Shown: in pieces, positions 1 to 11,790 of the stretch
Layout of the letters: every line of letters starts with the position of its first letter
Position numbering within the stretch: the first letter of the stretch is position 1
Assembly (NCBI GenBank): GCA_964187785.1
Contig: OZ076410.1
Coordinates: 26,784,001-26,848,000, forward strand
Source of the DNA: Amphiscolops sp. MND2022
Taxonomy: Eukaryota
Length of the DNA: 64,000 nt
Reading direction: 5' to 3'
Notes under the pieces: model-generated
What the model saw: only the letters and a program-made list of their open reading frames with translations
Databases searched by the model: none
Told to the model about the DNA's origin: nothing
Made by a program: the position numbers and the translations under genes

Positions 1-180
1 AACCGATTTGGACCCTGATCAAGTTCATTTCTGTTCAAATCAAAGTAGGAAACACCTACCGCTTTGTGGTTAAATCCGAGGTTATGGCCGGTTGGATCAC
101 AGGGGTTTTGGAGAATTGCGGAATTGGTGTGAGGAGATGTATTAGAATGCCGGAAAGCAGTCTAAAATGCAGGAAGACAG

Positions 181-524
181 CTATCCAATGTATCCAAGTG
201 AAGACCACAAGAATGAGAATGTTGTAACTTTGTCAACAACTCTGTATGTATTTGATAGATATGACGGCGGAAAGCTCTGGTGTTCAAAAGTGTAGGGCGT
301 CAAAAATCTGCACGTGAAGAGAATTGAAATTGGCTGGGAGTTGTCAATGGGGACCTGGAGTCGATTGTCCCGGGAAAAATCCACAAGGGAAGGGGCGATT
401 GGACACTGAGTCCCAAGAGGAAGACTATGTTAAAGTGGAGTATAAATAAATATAAAGAGAACCTAATTGTCGAACTATCGGCTAAATAGTGATAATGACA
501 ATGATTAAATACTGGGTAATACAA
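181..524 (-). pseudogene. antisense accessory ORF B of G1 (hydrophobic N-terminus, frameshifted)
   Basis: LGLSVQSPLPLWIFPGTIDSRSPL / YRVVDKV aligns with LGHFVQSSHILWISRVFLRIVDIQSPL / FKVVDNL at 5342-5590 of G2. Confidence 0.4.
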
Positions 525-1240
525 GTGAAGAAGAAAATGGAAGAATTTATTATAAAGGAAATGAAAGTTGAATCAGCAGTGTGACAAGATGTCAAAATTG
601 GAGTTCGTGGCTATACAGTTTGGTGTCAAATTTGTTGTTATTTACAATTTACAGCATTATGTGGATAAAGTCTGCCAGCGGTATCTACATCATTTCATTT
701 ATTTCGAAAACTTCGTTATTTTTGAGAAATTTTTCATGATTTTATCATTCTTTTATTTCGTTTCAAAGTCACTTTTTATTATTCCTTATATGACTTGGGA
801 AGCCATTTTAACTGGGGAGGAATTTTGCTGCATTCCTATTGGTTGATCAGATTGATGGTGGACGGCGTGGCTGATTGCCATATCTTCACCTACTTGAAAC
901 TCTCAAGTACCTGATGAGTGTTAATAAACACTTGTAGTAACACTCCTAGCTTGAGAGTGCTAGCATAACTGATGATGAGTAACAAAGTAATTGTCGGCAG
1001 ATATGAAGAGACTTAGCGGCTTGATGAAAGGTTTTAAGAAGGAAAATTTTGTTTATTGAAATATTTCCAGACGGGAAACGAAACAGAAAACCCGGGAAAA
1101 AAATCGTGATATTGTGAAAATCCCGCGAGGCGAAGGATCGCCATTCGTACGATTTTAACCGCTCAAGTCAGCTGCCTCCGAACCCCAAAATACTAAAGTT
1201 CTTTCCAAAATTGCCAAAAAAAATAACAAAAGCTAGATTC

Positions 1241-2061
1241 ATGTCTGACTTTTCTGAAACATTCCCTTTGGAGTTCCTGGGCGCTGCTCAATCTGTTGGA
1301 GCTCCTGCAATAAAATACATTTCAAGCGACGAAGGCGAGAGAATGTATTCCTTCGACGGTGACTCAGGGACGGCGTCTACGTTTCATCTGAAGAAGAAAC
1401 GCTGGATATCGAAATTATGGCGAGATGCATAGAGAGACAAATGACCGAACCCATTGCTATTCCCAACGCTGAGACATCAGGTACTCAAGCTAGGTGCGGG
1501 ACACCTAAGCCAGATTTGCCGCCCTTCCCTACATTTACACAACAGTATTTCAACCTGGGTATGGGCAACGGACCTATTGGACGGGATGACCGAATTGACC
1601 CAATCATCCCATTAATATTTTCATACGACCTACGACCTAATATTGATACCCTAATGTTGCCACCGCCAGAAGATAAGGGACCAGTCTACGAACAAGATAT
1701 ACCGAGTTGCTCTTACTCGGCAAGCTCTACTTCAGTCGAGACTGTCGCAAATCACTTCAATGATATGACAGTGTCTGGAAACGCTGACCTGTTGGGCTGT
1801 TCAGACTGCGTGGTTTGTGGGAAGCCAGTTCAACAAATACAGGATGAAGCAACTATTGACTATCTCGACAAAACGGTTGTTCCAGGCGAGATGTTAGCTG
1901 AAACCGAGAGAAGAAAGAGAGCTTTCTTGGACGGTATGGCTGCTGGCACGTTTTTACTCGTGCCAGGGGGAGTGTCGCAGGCGGCCGCCTGCGATGCTAA
2001 CTGGTACACGGTCGCATATGGTTATTGCAGGGCCCTACCCGGAACAATTCCGCTAGATTGA
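1241..2061 (+). pseudogene. accessory ORF A of G1 (~270 aa, one frameshift near 1380), unknown function, CxxCxxC motif
   Basis: MSDFSETFPLEFLGAA... joins SSEEETLDIEIMARCIERQMTEP after a frameshift; contains LPPFPTFTQQYFNL, NGPIGRDDRI, CSDCVVCGKPVQQIQDEA. Homologue at 3880-4534 (-). Confidence 0.7.
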
Positions 2062-2429
2062 GGAAATACAAGCATTTGAGCCAAGAGGTCCAAGGCAGAC
2101 ATAATTAAAATTTTTACAAAAAAACTGTTTTGTATTACCGGTTTGCGTTATTATAGCATGTAATTGCGTACAGTCAGTAGCTATATTACTTGTTAGTTAT
2201 ATTTTAAAACAAGTAAATTTAATTAGATGTGCTGTGAATTGGACACCAAGGCGTACAGGTAGAGGAAACGCGTTCAAAGTGTTTCCTCTCCTGTCGCTGT
2301 GGACAAGCAGTCCAATTTAAATTAAACCAATCACATCTCAGCATTCAACTGAGCACTCTAATACAGCGTTGTTATTAGTGGACATTATGGCTACGCGCCG
2401 TTCATTTTCAAATAATGATATACTCGCTA

Positions 2430-3530
2430 AGGCGATGGGACACTGAGTCCAATTTGACTGGTGCTTTCATGATTGTAGTAATAGACTTATTTTGAAATAG
2501 AGTGTTGCGTACAATTACCTTCTTACAAATAAAGGTGCTATATCTGATGCCCCCCTTCTTGGCTCAAAGGCCGTATTCGACCACAGTCCAAATTCTCCTG
2601 TCTAAAGTATATGCGAGTGTGATCAAAACATGTAATTAATACATGAATGTTACATGCAGTGTTGCCTTCGTCGTCATAAAAGTGCAGTTGTCCCTTAAGG
2701 ACGAGAGAGGCGGTGTAACGCCTTTGAAGTGGCCAATAGGTCATTGCGTCATGTAACCCATAAATAGGTGATGCTATTTTTAGATTAGTACGTATCTATT
2801 TTTAGAACGTGACAGTTATTTTTTCGATAGTCATGCAGTCTATCATGTATATACCCGGGACTCTTGGACCGGAGGACACAATTAAGTAATATATGCAGCC
2901 TATCAATTGATCTTATTCTGTTTGCAAGCCTAAAGATAATTAATTCTTACCTCTTGCAATTGTCTCTTATGCCTTCTACAAGGAAACAAAAGGCGAAAGC
3001 TAGAAAGTCATGGGAAATGGACATGATGTCTGACTTTGAAAATATGGACGTAATGATGGGAAATGAAAATACTAATCCTATTGAACGTGAACTTTCAAAC
3101 ATGATCGGAACTGTGGTAAACGATCAAGACATTGAGTCCAATCCCCAATCTTCGCGGTATGAAACTCATGAAAATGAATTTGGGCATCATGCACTTGAAA
3201 ATGCAATTCCTAGGCAAGATAGGGTTCAAGAGAAAACCTTTACTAGAGATTTCAACATGAGATTTTCACAAGAAATGGATTCAATGATGTCATTAATGCA
3301 TAGTCAGATAAAGAGGGCGATAAGCACAGCATTAACCGAGAGAGTAATTCCAGAGATTCAAAATATAGTGAGTTCGATTTCATCCTCAGGGAATCGAGAC
3401 ACTGAGGCCAGTTCGTCACTCAATAGCCAGGAAAACGCTAAAATGAACAATGGGTTCAGAAACAAAATTGTGAAAAAGGACTCACAGTCTACTGGTGACC
3501 TTAGAACACCTAGAGACAGCAGTCCTTACA
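2430..3530 (+). repeat. 3' LTR of G1 (3' end firm, 5' end approximate)
   Basis: Ends ...AGTCCTTACA; carries the same ORF as the sequence immediately upstream of the PBS in G2. No clear PPT/TG start identified. Confidence 0.55.
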
Positions 3531-3541
3531 AAAAAACCTAA
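2969..3541 (+). CDS. LTR-encoded N-terminal Gag segment (~190 aa), open
   Basis: MPSTRKQKAKARKSWEMDMMSDFENMDVMMG...MHSQIKRAISTALTERVIPEIQNIV...DSSPY; homologous to 14790-14222 (-), where the frame continues into Gag. Confidence 0.7.
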   Translation: MPSTRKQKAKARKSWEMDMMSDFENMDVMMGNENTNPIERELSNMIGTVVNDQDIESNPQSSRYETHENEFGHHALENAIPRQDRVQEKTFTRDFNMRFSQEMDSMMSLMHSQIKRAISTALTERVIPEIQNIVSSISSSGNRDTEASSSLNSQENAKMNNGFRNKIVKKDSQSTGDLRTPRDSSPYKKT

Positions 3542-3879
3542 AAAAACTAACAAAACGTTTATTAGAGGTTTTTGCGAGATATTTGCAAGAATTTCTTGCA
3601 TGAATTGAGAACATGCGATGTGTTTCAGAGCGAAAAGAGAACAAAGGTTTCCAAAAAGTTCTAATCCAGAATTTTCAGTCAAAGTTGAGCCATTGTATTT
3701 TATTTTGACTGCGAAATAACAACTAAAACCACAAAATTTGGAAAAAACGTCGAAAATCATTCCATTTTGATAGAATAAGTTCTAAAAACACTCTATTCTA
3801 CTGGAATAACATCTAGTATCGCCGTATTCTGGTAGATTTCGTTTTTCGGTTTTTGCCTTTCCCTGGGTTTGCAAGCTGT

Positions 3880-4534
3880 TTGCAAGCGTTTCAAGCATCA
3901 TTCGTTAGCTCCTTCTTTGTTCCAGTTCATATTAACGGCTTCGCACTGAACTTGTTGGACTGATTTTCCACAGCCCACACAGTCCGAACAATTCATTAGC
4001 GCTGGGGTCTCTGTTAAAGCCATTCCATTGAAATAATTTGAAATTGTTTCCACTGAAGACGTGTCGATAGAATGAGAACAGACCGGCGAGTTCGGCCCGT
4101 AGTTTGGCCTCCTGTCCTCAATGGGGTGTCCACTTTCGGCACCAAGTTCCTGCATACGTTGATAGGGTGATTGTTTCGGATCCTATCGTCAAGTCTTATT
4201 GGGCCATTCTCAACAACGAGGTTAAAATATTTCTGGTCAAACGTAGGGAATGGTGGCAATCTTTGTCTCGCTGTACCACTCCTTTTTCGCGTCAATGCTG
4301 TCCCTGAGGCTGAATCGGGATTGGATCGGTCAACTGCCTCTCTACACAACTGGCCATCACTTCAATATCCTCTGATTCTCCATCTGATGATTATATCACG
4401 TCATCTACTGATCCTACACTGACAGAGTCCATGTGGGCGTCGTCGTCGGTTGATAGGTAAATTATAAGAGTTTCTGCTTCTGATCAAGCGGCGCCCAAAA
4501 AGTCCATAGGGAAAGTTTCTGATATATCAGACAT
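3880..4534 (-). pseudogene. accessory ORF A homologue in G2
   Basis: MSDISETFP..LGAA..SSDGESEDIEVMASCVERQLTDP, LPPFPTFDQKYFNL, NGPIRLDDRI, SSVETISNYFNGM, CSDCVGCGKSVQQVQCEA. Confidence 0.7.
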
Positions 4535-5341
4535 GAATCTTTTTTTGTTTTTTGTTTGTCGTTTTCAAATGCAGAATTGTGAAATGAGTTTTAGGTTTCG
4601 AGTTTAGAGTAGGATGCTGAACAGTAGGAACAAAATTGAATGAAAGATAATTTTCCTCGCTCGGGGTTGCGGGAGATTCACCCAAACTCGTTAGGTCTTT
4701 TCCCGGGTTTTGCATTTCTCTCTTCGATAAAATACGCAACAACCCCTCATCGCTCTTCGATGAAAGAGGACGGAGTCATTGTTATCTAATACCTTACTTG
4801 CTTCTTTAGATCCGTACGTATCCATCAAGACTTCACTGAATGTTTATTAACACTCACAAGCCATTTGAGATTCTCGAGTAGATGAAGATATGGCTGAAGC
4901 CCACGCTCACTTGTTTCATTACAGGCAGCCGATAGGATCGCATCAAATTTTCTTCCTTTTCAAAATAGCAACCCGAGGTCAAAATCCAAATCCAAATAAG
5001 GATTAGAGCAATATGACCTTGAAATAACGGAAAAAAAATAAGATAATGGTACACAGTAAAAAAGTTTATCAACTAACATAATGTATATATTTCCGGCAGA
5101 TTTTATCCACATGTCGATATAAAGACTATACACTTGTAAATTTTACACCAAACTGTAAAGCCACGAACTCCAATGCTCAATTTTGAAATCTTATCTGATC
5201 GCCAATTTTCCATTATAAGTCTTTACGTTCAAGTCATCATCTTAGTATCCTTTTCTTCGTTTTGTATTATCCAGTATTTAGTTACCGGCTGTATTTACTT
5301 CCACTTGCATTTAAGATATAGTTAGTCTTCTAGTCTTTGAG

Positions 5342-5590
5342 TTGTATTCATTCGTATTCTTCATTTATATTTCCATCTTGGGACACTTCGTGCAATCATC
5401 CCATATTCTGTGGATTTCCCGAGTCTTCCTCCGGATTGTCGACATCCAGTCACCTCTTCTTTGCTCACTGCTTTCTGTCTTTAAGGTGGTAGACAACCTT
5501 TCCCATTGGACACGCAGTCTCTATGAGTCATCATGCCCCATCTCTAGATCCCCATATTCAATCCACCGAAGCTGTTACTCCTCCGAGTGA
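5342..5590 (+). CDS. antisense accessory ORF B of G2 (82 aa, hydrophobic N-terminus)
   Basis: ORF track plus partial homology to 181-524 of G1; the ORF track start at 5342 is a TTG codon. Confidence 0.35.
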   Translation: MYSFVFFIYISILGHFVQSSHILWISRVFLRIVDIQSPLLCSLLSVFKVVDNLSHWTRSLYESSCPISRSPYSIHRSCYSSE

Positions 5591-5855
5591 GCCCAGATGT
5601 GAACCTAATTCAAGTCAAACAACTGCTTCTAGTCCAGAGTCAGCGAGGGTGACTGTGAATCTATATGTACTATCTGCCCGCAGGCCAAACACAAACCGGC
5701 CGTACCTAATCCCCCGCGGAAGAAGGGAAAATTGATGGGACGGCCTAGCAAGGTAATGAAGCCAGCTTAATTCAAAGGGACAAAGGTATTCGTCAACGGC
5801 CTCTTAAATCCTGTCCATATTAGATATAAATTTTACTGCCAGATATGTAAAACGA

Positions 5856-6911
5856 ATGTATCCATCTATTCCAAAGGAGCCGGGAAGATCGTCCGCCATT
5901 ACCAGTATGAGCCCCCCCCCCCTGCGAAATGACCAACTATGGAGGTACGAACATCTGAGAAGAGTCGAAAAGATCACAGGAGTCACAGTACACTCTGTTA
6001 GGGGGAAAGATGTGCACATTCTCTCTGCAAATGAGCTGGAAGAGGAAAAACCACTTCTCGAGTTTGCTCCACTATTGGACATTGGCACTCAATTCCCCTT
6101 CTACGAGGATTACATGGCTAACGCTGCTGGGTTGACTAGCCCTGAAGATGTTTGACTTGAGACCCAACTCTCCCTCATTGGCCGTTTTGTCCATTACTTT
6201 GGCAACTTCGGCATCTTTGTTGGGCTTTGGGCAGAAGCGGGTAACCAACTACCAGAACATGTTCAGAGGTCTCGACGGGGCTCCTTTACACTCACGTATG
6301 TACATGGTTTTCAACTTTCCTTTCTGAGTGAGGTTGTTGAGGGTAAAGCTAAGTATTGTCCATCACAGTCGTCTACTTCATGGTTTCAAATGATTTGACT
6401 TGTTTCAGGCCATTTTTCATCATGTTTTCGGCACAGCATGGACGATAGAGCCCAGTCTGTAAATGATGCAGAATTTTAGTCCCTCGAGTTTGCGCCACTT
6501 AGGATTGTACTCTCTCGAGTTCATTGTATAGTGTCCCTACGGTACTGGAAGTTCGACCATCTCGTCAAGGTTCAGCACTGCAGATATAGCCTCGCTACCA
6601 ATACAGGCCCCAATCAACTGCTTGCGATTGCTCGAGTTTTGTCCTTCCTTTCGACAGCTCCCCAGAATGTCTGCATGTCAGGCTGTACCTCTGAGGTCCT
6701 CCGGGCAGTAGAGCAATCTACTTTACTCAAGAGAGGGATTGAGTATTCTTTGCGTTATAATGCCTTGTCCCTGTCCAAGCTTATGCTTCAGTCTGAAGGG
6801 AGTGTATTTGGCCGAAGTGACTTCTACACGCAGTTGAAGTACCTCGTGGCCTATCTTGGCAATAGTCTTGATGAACCTTGGATCGCCAACACGCCTGAGC
6901 TAAGTAAGTAA
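5856..6911 (+). pseudogene. antisense accessory ORF C of G2 (~350 aa, disrupted), unknown function
   Basis: ORF pieces 5856-6155 and 6531-6911 linked by protein-like intervening sequence with stops/frameshifts; lies inside the G2 3' region. Confidence 0.45.
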
Positions 6912-7059
6912 GGTAAGTATCATAACTTAAGTCTGAACGCAAGTTTCCTTTTGTGCATAAGATCCACGTTAATGTTCCCTCCAGGCTGTATCCACGTGTG
7001 ATTTGCGAGATCGAGCCATTCCCTCGATTTGTTCTGAGATTCTCACCAGCTGGCAACCA

Positions 7060-7760
7060 GTTCTTGGATCACATCACTAAGATTGCAACGGGTACGAAAT
7101 GAAAGGAGTCAAAAAAAGGGTTATTCGAAGTTTCGTTATTGGTAAGGTTAGACCCTTAGTCCAAATATAACTAACGAGTCTTGTTTCTTTCCAGCAATAG
7201 ACTCTTGAGTGGCTCATCATCAGTGATGACTTCTTCCCATTCAAACTGGAATTCTTTGGGATGATCAAGAACGACTGTAAGTTTGTTTTCCTTACTTTCA
7301 CAATGGTACTTGAATGGGCTTTCCATTGGGTATTTCACTTCATTAAGTGCCCCAATTGTTACATTTTTCAAGAATCGGCTTTTCCTATTTAGACAAAAAA
7401 TGTTTTGAGATGAGCCTGGGGGATTTGTTTTCTGGATTTTTCACCTTTGGACAAATGAACAGCTTCGTCCGCAAGCTCTGTTGTCGCTCCCTTTTCCGAA
7501 ACACTTGCCTGAAAAAAACTGACTGGATACAATTACCCGTGACACGTAAAGCTGAGCCCCGTCAACTGTTTTCTCCACAGATTGCGATTGAAGCAAGATT
7601 TGGACGAAGCAGCCACAGCTAAAGTCAAGAGGGACCATAGCAAAAGAGAGGGCCCAATGCCCACCTTTGACGACCTGGTGGAAGAAGCTAGAGAAACGTT
7701 TGTTGCAAAAGCAAGGGGCTATCTTGTCGTTTTGCTTTAAAACCTCTCGGATCACTTTAG
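7060..7760 (-). pseudogene. sense accessory ORF D of G2 (Cys-rich N-part, fragmented)
   Basis: Consecutive fragments 7441-7755 (PCFCNK, FSCGCF, KCFG, ACGRSC), 7171-7371 and 7077-7301. Confidence 0.35.
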
Positions 7761-7785
7761 CCTGTATGCCGACAACGTGAGAGGA

Positions 7786-8515
7786 ATGGCCCGCACATTC
7801 TCCTGAGTTTACCTTTACAACCGGCTACATTCTGCGTCACCGCATTTTACAATAGATTTAGTCTTTCCTCTTAGGTGGTTGGAGGGGTCCGCAGAGGACG
7901 ATTTGCGGGACGAATATTTGGAAATTCGTGGGCCACTTTCGCCAGACTTCAAAGAATTCACCTGACGGGTTTACTGACTCGGTGAAATTATTGTCAGCTA
8001 TGCCCCAACTTCGAAATCGCCTCCACCTTTATCGTCTGTTTCTCTTGAGCTGTATGTGCCTAACCGAGGATACCAATTTGCTGCCTCCTGTGCGGTTTCA
8101 GGATGTTGATTCCCAAAGTCCCAGATGCAGATTGGATGACGTTTTGTTACTCGCAGAATCCTCTTTAGCCAGAGTTCCGGACTCTATTCCTGTTTGTTAT
8201 TACCCAACTTCATTACCCAATTTCCGTGAATTAGAAGACCATTTCAACTCTGGGAACGTTGCTGGTGATCCCTGAAATCATGTCGACGTCTTTGGCAGGG
8301 CTATTTTTTACAAAAACCTCTACACGACGTACAAATCTATAACGCTTCTTCCAGTCGCTCTGCCTCTTGTTCGAGTTCTCCTTCCACTAGTGGTTGTCAT
8401 AAGAGATCTTATGCAAAGGGGAAACGAAAAGTCGCTTTTGGTTCCACAGAGGCTGCAAAAGAAGATAAGGGCCAAACTAATTTGAACAATCTACTTCTAA
8501 AACCTAAATGTACAT
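7786..8515 (+). pseudogene. antisense accessory ORF E of G2 (~230 aa, disrupted)
   Basis: Stop-interrupted frame MARTFS*VYLYNRL...YLEIRGPLSPDF...LPPVRFQDVD...LEDHFNSG, ending near 8510. Confidence 0.35.
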
Positions 8516-8899
8516 AATGTACATTTGTTTCATAGACCTGTACTTTGTACTCCATGTGTGTTCATTTATTCTGTTTGTAATATTTTATAGCTTATGTTGT
8601 AACGTCTATTTGCCAGGCAGTCCAAATGTCAGAATATTCCAAAGAAAAGATGCATGCTATCTCGGCCAAGTAGTAAAAATGGGACATTACTTTTTACGTT
8701 CTGTCTTTAAGTTAGGGATGGGTTAGGTCGAAGAGTAACTTTGCTTCCTCTAGGGTTAGAGTTATCTTCAGTTTTTTTCTTTTTTCGATATACCGGGCAC
8801 GGTAAAATCTGCGCCTCCTTTTGAAACATTTTCCGCATCATTTAATTCATTAGTGACGTCATTTTCATGTTGAGCCACTATAGGCTTCTGGGGACGCCA

Positions 8900-10330
8900 C
8901 GCCTCGGCTTCTGGCCGGTCTCAGCCTTTTTCATTTTCAGTGATGTCATTTTCTGTTTTTTTCGTCGCTGCTGCGTTCATCGTCGTGTGCGCTGCTGCGC
9001 TCATCATCAGTGACGTAAGAGTACACTTTGCCGCTCGCAGCGTCGTTCGGTAGGCGTGGGGCCGTTGCCGGCTAATTGTCTTTTCTCGTTTTAAACAGCT
9101 CGTAGTCAAAAACTACTTACCATGAAATAGTATACAAGTCGAATTGCGGTATTACTATCTCATCGTTGGGCTGTATTTTCTCTCCAGAGTATTCGTCCGC
9201 AAAGGGCGTGTTAGGGACAACATGCTTGAGTCTACTTCGATATAATACTTTCGTTTTGTTGGTATTCAATCGACGCACAATATTCTTGTCATATGTCAGG
9301 ACTTTTTTAATCACAAAAGAACCAATCCACCGATAGTCTCTAAACGGAATTTTCGATACTTGGCTGTCTTCTTTAGGTTGTAGGGAAAAAATAACCCGTT
9401 TCTTTAATCGAAGCAGCTTTGGTCTTTCGGTCATAATAATCCTTGTACTTTAGGTACGATTGCATGATAATTTGTTGGTCTCGTCAATCAGGACTTGAGT
9501 TCTTTGCTGTACTTCTCACGCAAATTCAGTTGTTGGCAAAAAGTCTTTTATCAGGATTATTTCCTAATTTGTGATCTAGGACGTTGTATGGAATTCGTAC
9601 ATGGATTACTTTGCTCAACTCACATCCAATACTGGAATGATATGTAGCATTACAGTTGAGTACTGCTAGCGACAAGTATTTATGCCATTGACGTCGGTAT
9701 TCACCTGGGGTCATTTTCAAGATTGTTTTGAGAGATATATGTGTCCCTTCTAGTTTGCCAATTGTTTGCGGGTGTTTAGTAGTAGCGCATCATGCTTTAA
9801 GTGTTATCCCCAAAATCTGAGCATTTTCTGCGACCACTGTTGACGTAAATGCGGACCCCTTGTCTGTGATGAGGGTTGTCGTCAAGTATGAGTGTTTTGT
9901 CATGATATCATTTGTGATTTGGCTACAGTTGTAGCTGTTGCCTCAATTAGTGGACATTATCTTGAGAAAACATCAATTGCTGTCATCACCGTCTGGTAAC
10001 TGCCGCTGGTAGGTAAGTTTGGAAGTAAATCAATGTGCATGGCATCATCTGCTCCAAGACCCATTCTGGCAAAGTAAGCAGTTCGAGCGTTAGTGCGTTG
10101 TTTGGGACACATTCGTCCTTGGAACAATTTTCGCAGCCTTTTACCCATCTTTTACTATGTTTTGCTATTCCCGGGTAGTATTATTTTTAGCGAATTTCCT
10201 AAAATGTTTTGGATATACCAGGAGGTTTGAATGCCGTACCATGTGTCAAAGTGTTGTCTCTGAGGAATATACTATTTGGTCTTAGTTGTTCAAATAATGT
10301 TTGTACCGAATGTCCTGTTGAAGAATTTTT
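8900..10330 (-). pseudogene. gypsy integrase (G2)
   Basis: Degenerate HHCC (HGTAFKPPGISK..GCENC), MHIDLLPNLP..TAIDVFSR, DKGSAFTS, TTKHPQTIGKLE, YRWIGSFVIKKVL. Confidence 0.9.
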
Positions 10331-10399
10331 TCAAACTTTTCTTGTTTCACTTTTTTCGCTTTCAGTCGGAGTAAAATCGTGTCTCTAGATTGTTCCCAC

Positions 10400-11790
10400 A
10401 GCGTCTGGTTGGTTCTCTGTAATTTCTGGGGGACATTGGTATTTTCATCCACGTTAGTTCGGATATGGCATCAGTTTATATAACAGTCTCACAGATCTTG
10501 TGTCCCGTTCTGGACAGTGTTTTTCGTTCCCAAATCTGTTCTTCTGTTTCGTCACCTTCTTCAGTGAAGAACATTTGCTCTTCCTCCGACACGCCTGCTG
10601 ATTTGACAATGACCTCAACTGACCTTGTTTTGACGTCTTCTCGTGTTTTCAAGAGCAAGTTTTCGTTAAGATCCATTTTCATTCGAGACAGGTTCTCCGC
10701 TATGTATCGTTTTTTCCTTGAATAAGAGCTGTTATGTAATTGGAATGTATCACATAATCGCAAGCTTTCCAGAATGTCGGTGGTACGATTTTTGTCTGAA
10801 AGAACCTCGTGACCAATTTTTGTATGTGGGGATACTTATTGAAATTGGTGTTCCTCAGAAATCATGTCCAAACGCTTTTGAAGGCGTAATACATGGCTAG
10901 GAATTTTTTCATATATTGATATTTTCAACTGCGAGGGAGTAAATGTTTTCGATTCATAGACGATTGGCGTATAGAAGTTTTTGACCGAAGTATACTTTTG
11001 ATTTGGGCCATCTTCGGTCAGAATGGCATAATCCGCAGACGTGAAACTTGCGTCTGACATTAAGACCAGTTGTTTGTTTGGTTGTTTCAAGGCCAGTTAG
11101 CTACACCTGTCATGGTCTTGGTTAATTTCGTTAATTAGTCGTACCAGCTCCGTGGTCACTAAGACCTTCTCGTCCTTTTTAAGGAGTTGGAAGAATGGTA
11201 CCAGTTTTTCTGATAATCTTGGTATGTATTTCCTGTAGTAACCGAGGAAACCAAGATGTCGCTCAAGGCCTTCTTGGATTTTGGAAAATCGGTTTTCTCT
11301 AAAAAAAAAAGTGGCGATTCTTTCCTTTTGAGGTTTGACACCTTCTGGGGTGATTTTACTCCCTAGGAAAAGAACTCCAGTTGCACCAAAATGTCACTTG
11401 TGCATCGGTAATTTGATGCAGTGAAATTCACCGAATTTTTGCCAGCCGTGAGCTGCGCGGCGTCCGTCAGGGTACTGACTGGGTGATTATTATTTGTATA
11501 ATCATCTGAGATAAGGTTGTTTATCTTCCTCAGGTCGACTAGCAGTCGTAATTTCCCATAGGGCTACTTCTGCGCAAATATGGGGCTCGCATATTTGAAT
11601 AATGGTAGGGTTGTAATAATGCCATATTTATGGAGTGACACCGATTCAACCAGTATGTCCTCCTTTAAATTGATCGAGGTAGGCACACTTTGGCTTTATG
11701 CATTTGAAATGTCCATTGGAGTTATTTTGACACTGAATTCTTCTTTTATTCCGATGTCAAATTTTTGACCGGCGACGATGGAAATCTACA
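10400..11790 (-). pseudogene. gypsy reverse transcriptase / RNase H (G2), RT catalytic core deleted
   Basis: YASPIFAQK, RLLVDLRKINNLISDDY..HPVSTLTDAAQ, FLGSKITPEGVKPQ, LVLMSDASF, SKTFTPSQLKISIYEK; no YxDD motif present. Confidence 0.9.

Larger units (their letters stand above)
1..3530 (+). mobile_element. Ty3/gypsy LTR retrotransposon G1, 3' part (accessory region + 3' LTR); 5' part lies outside the window
   Basis: ~350-2060 is colinear and homologous (inverted) to ~5450-3880 of G2 (e.g. caaaattg..gagttcgtggct.tacagtttggtgt, atgtggataaa.tctgcc, aaaacccgggaaaa, agattcatgtctga). Ends in AGTCCTTACA at 3521-3530, the same decamer that precedes the PBS in G2. Confidence 0.75.
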
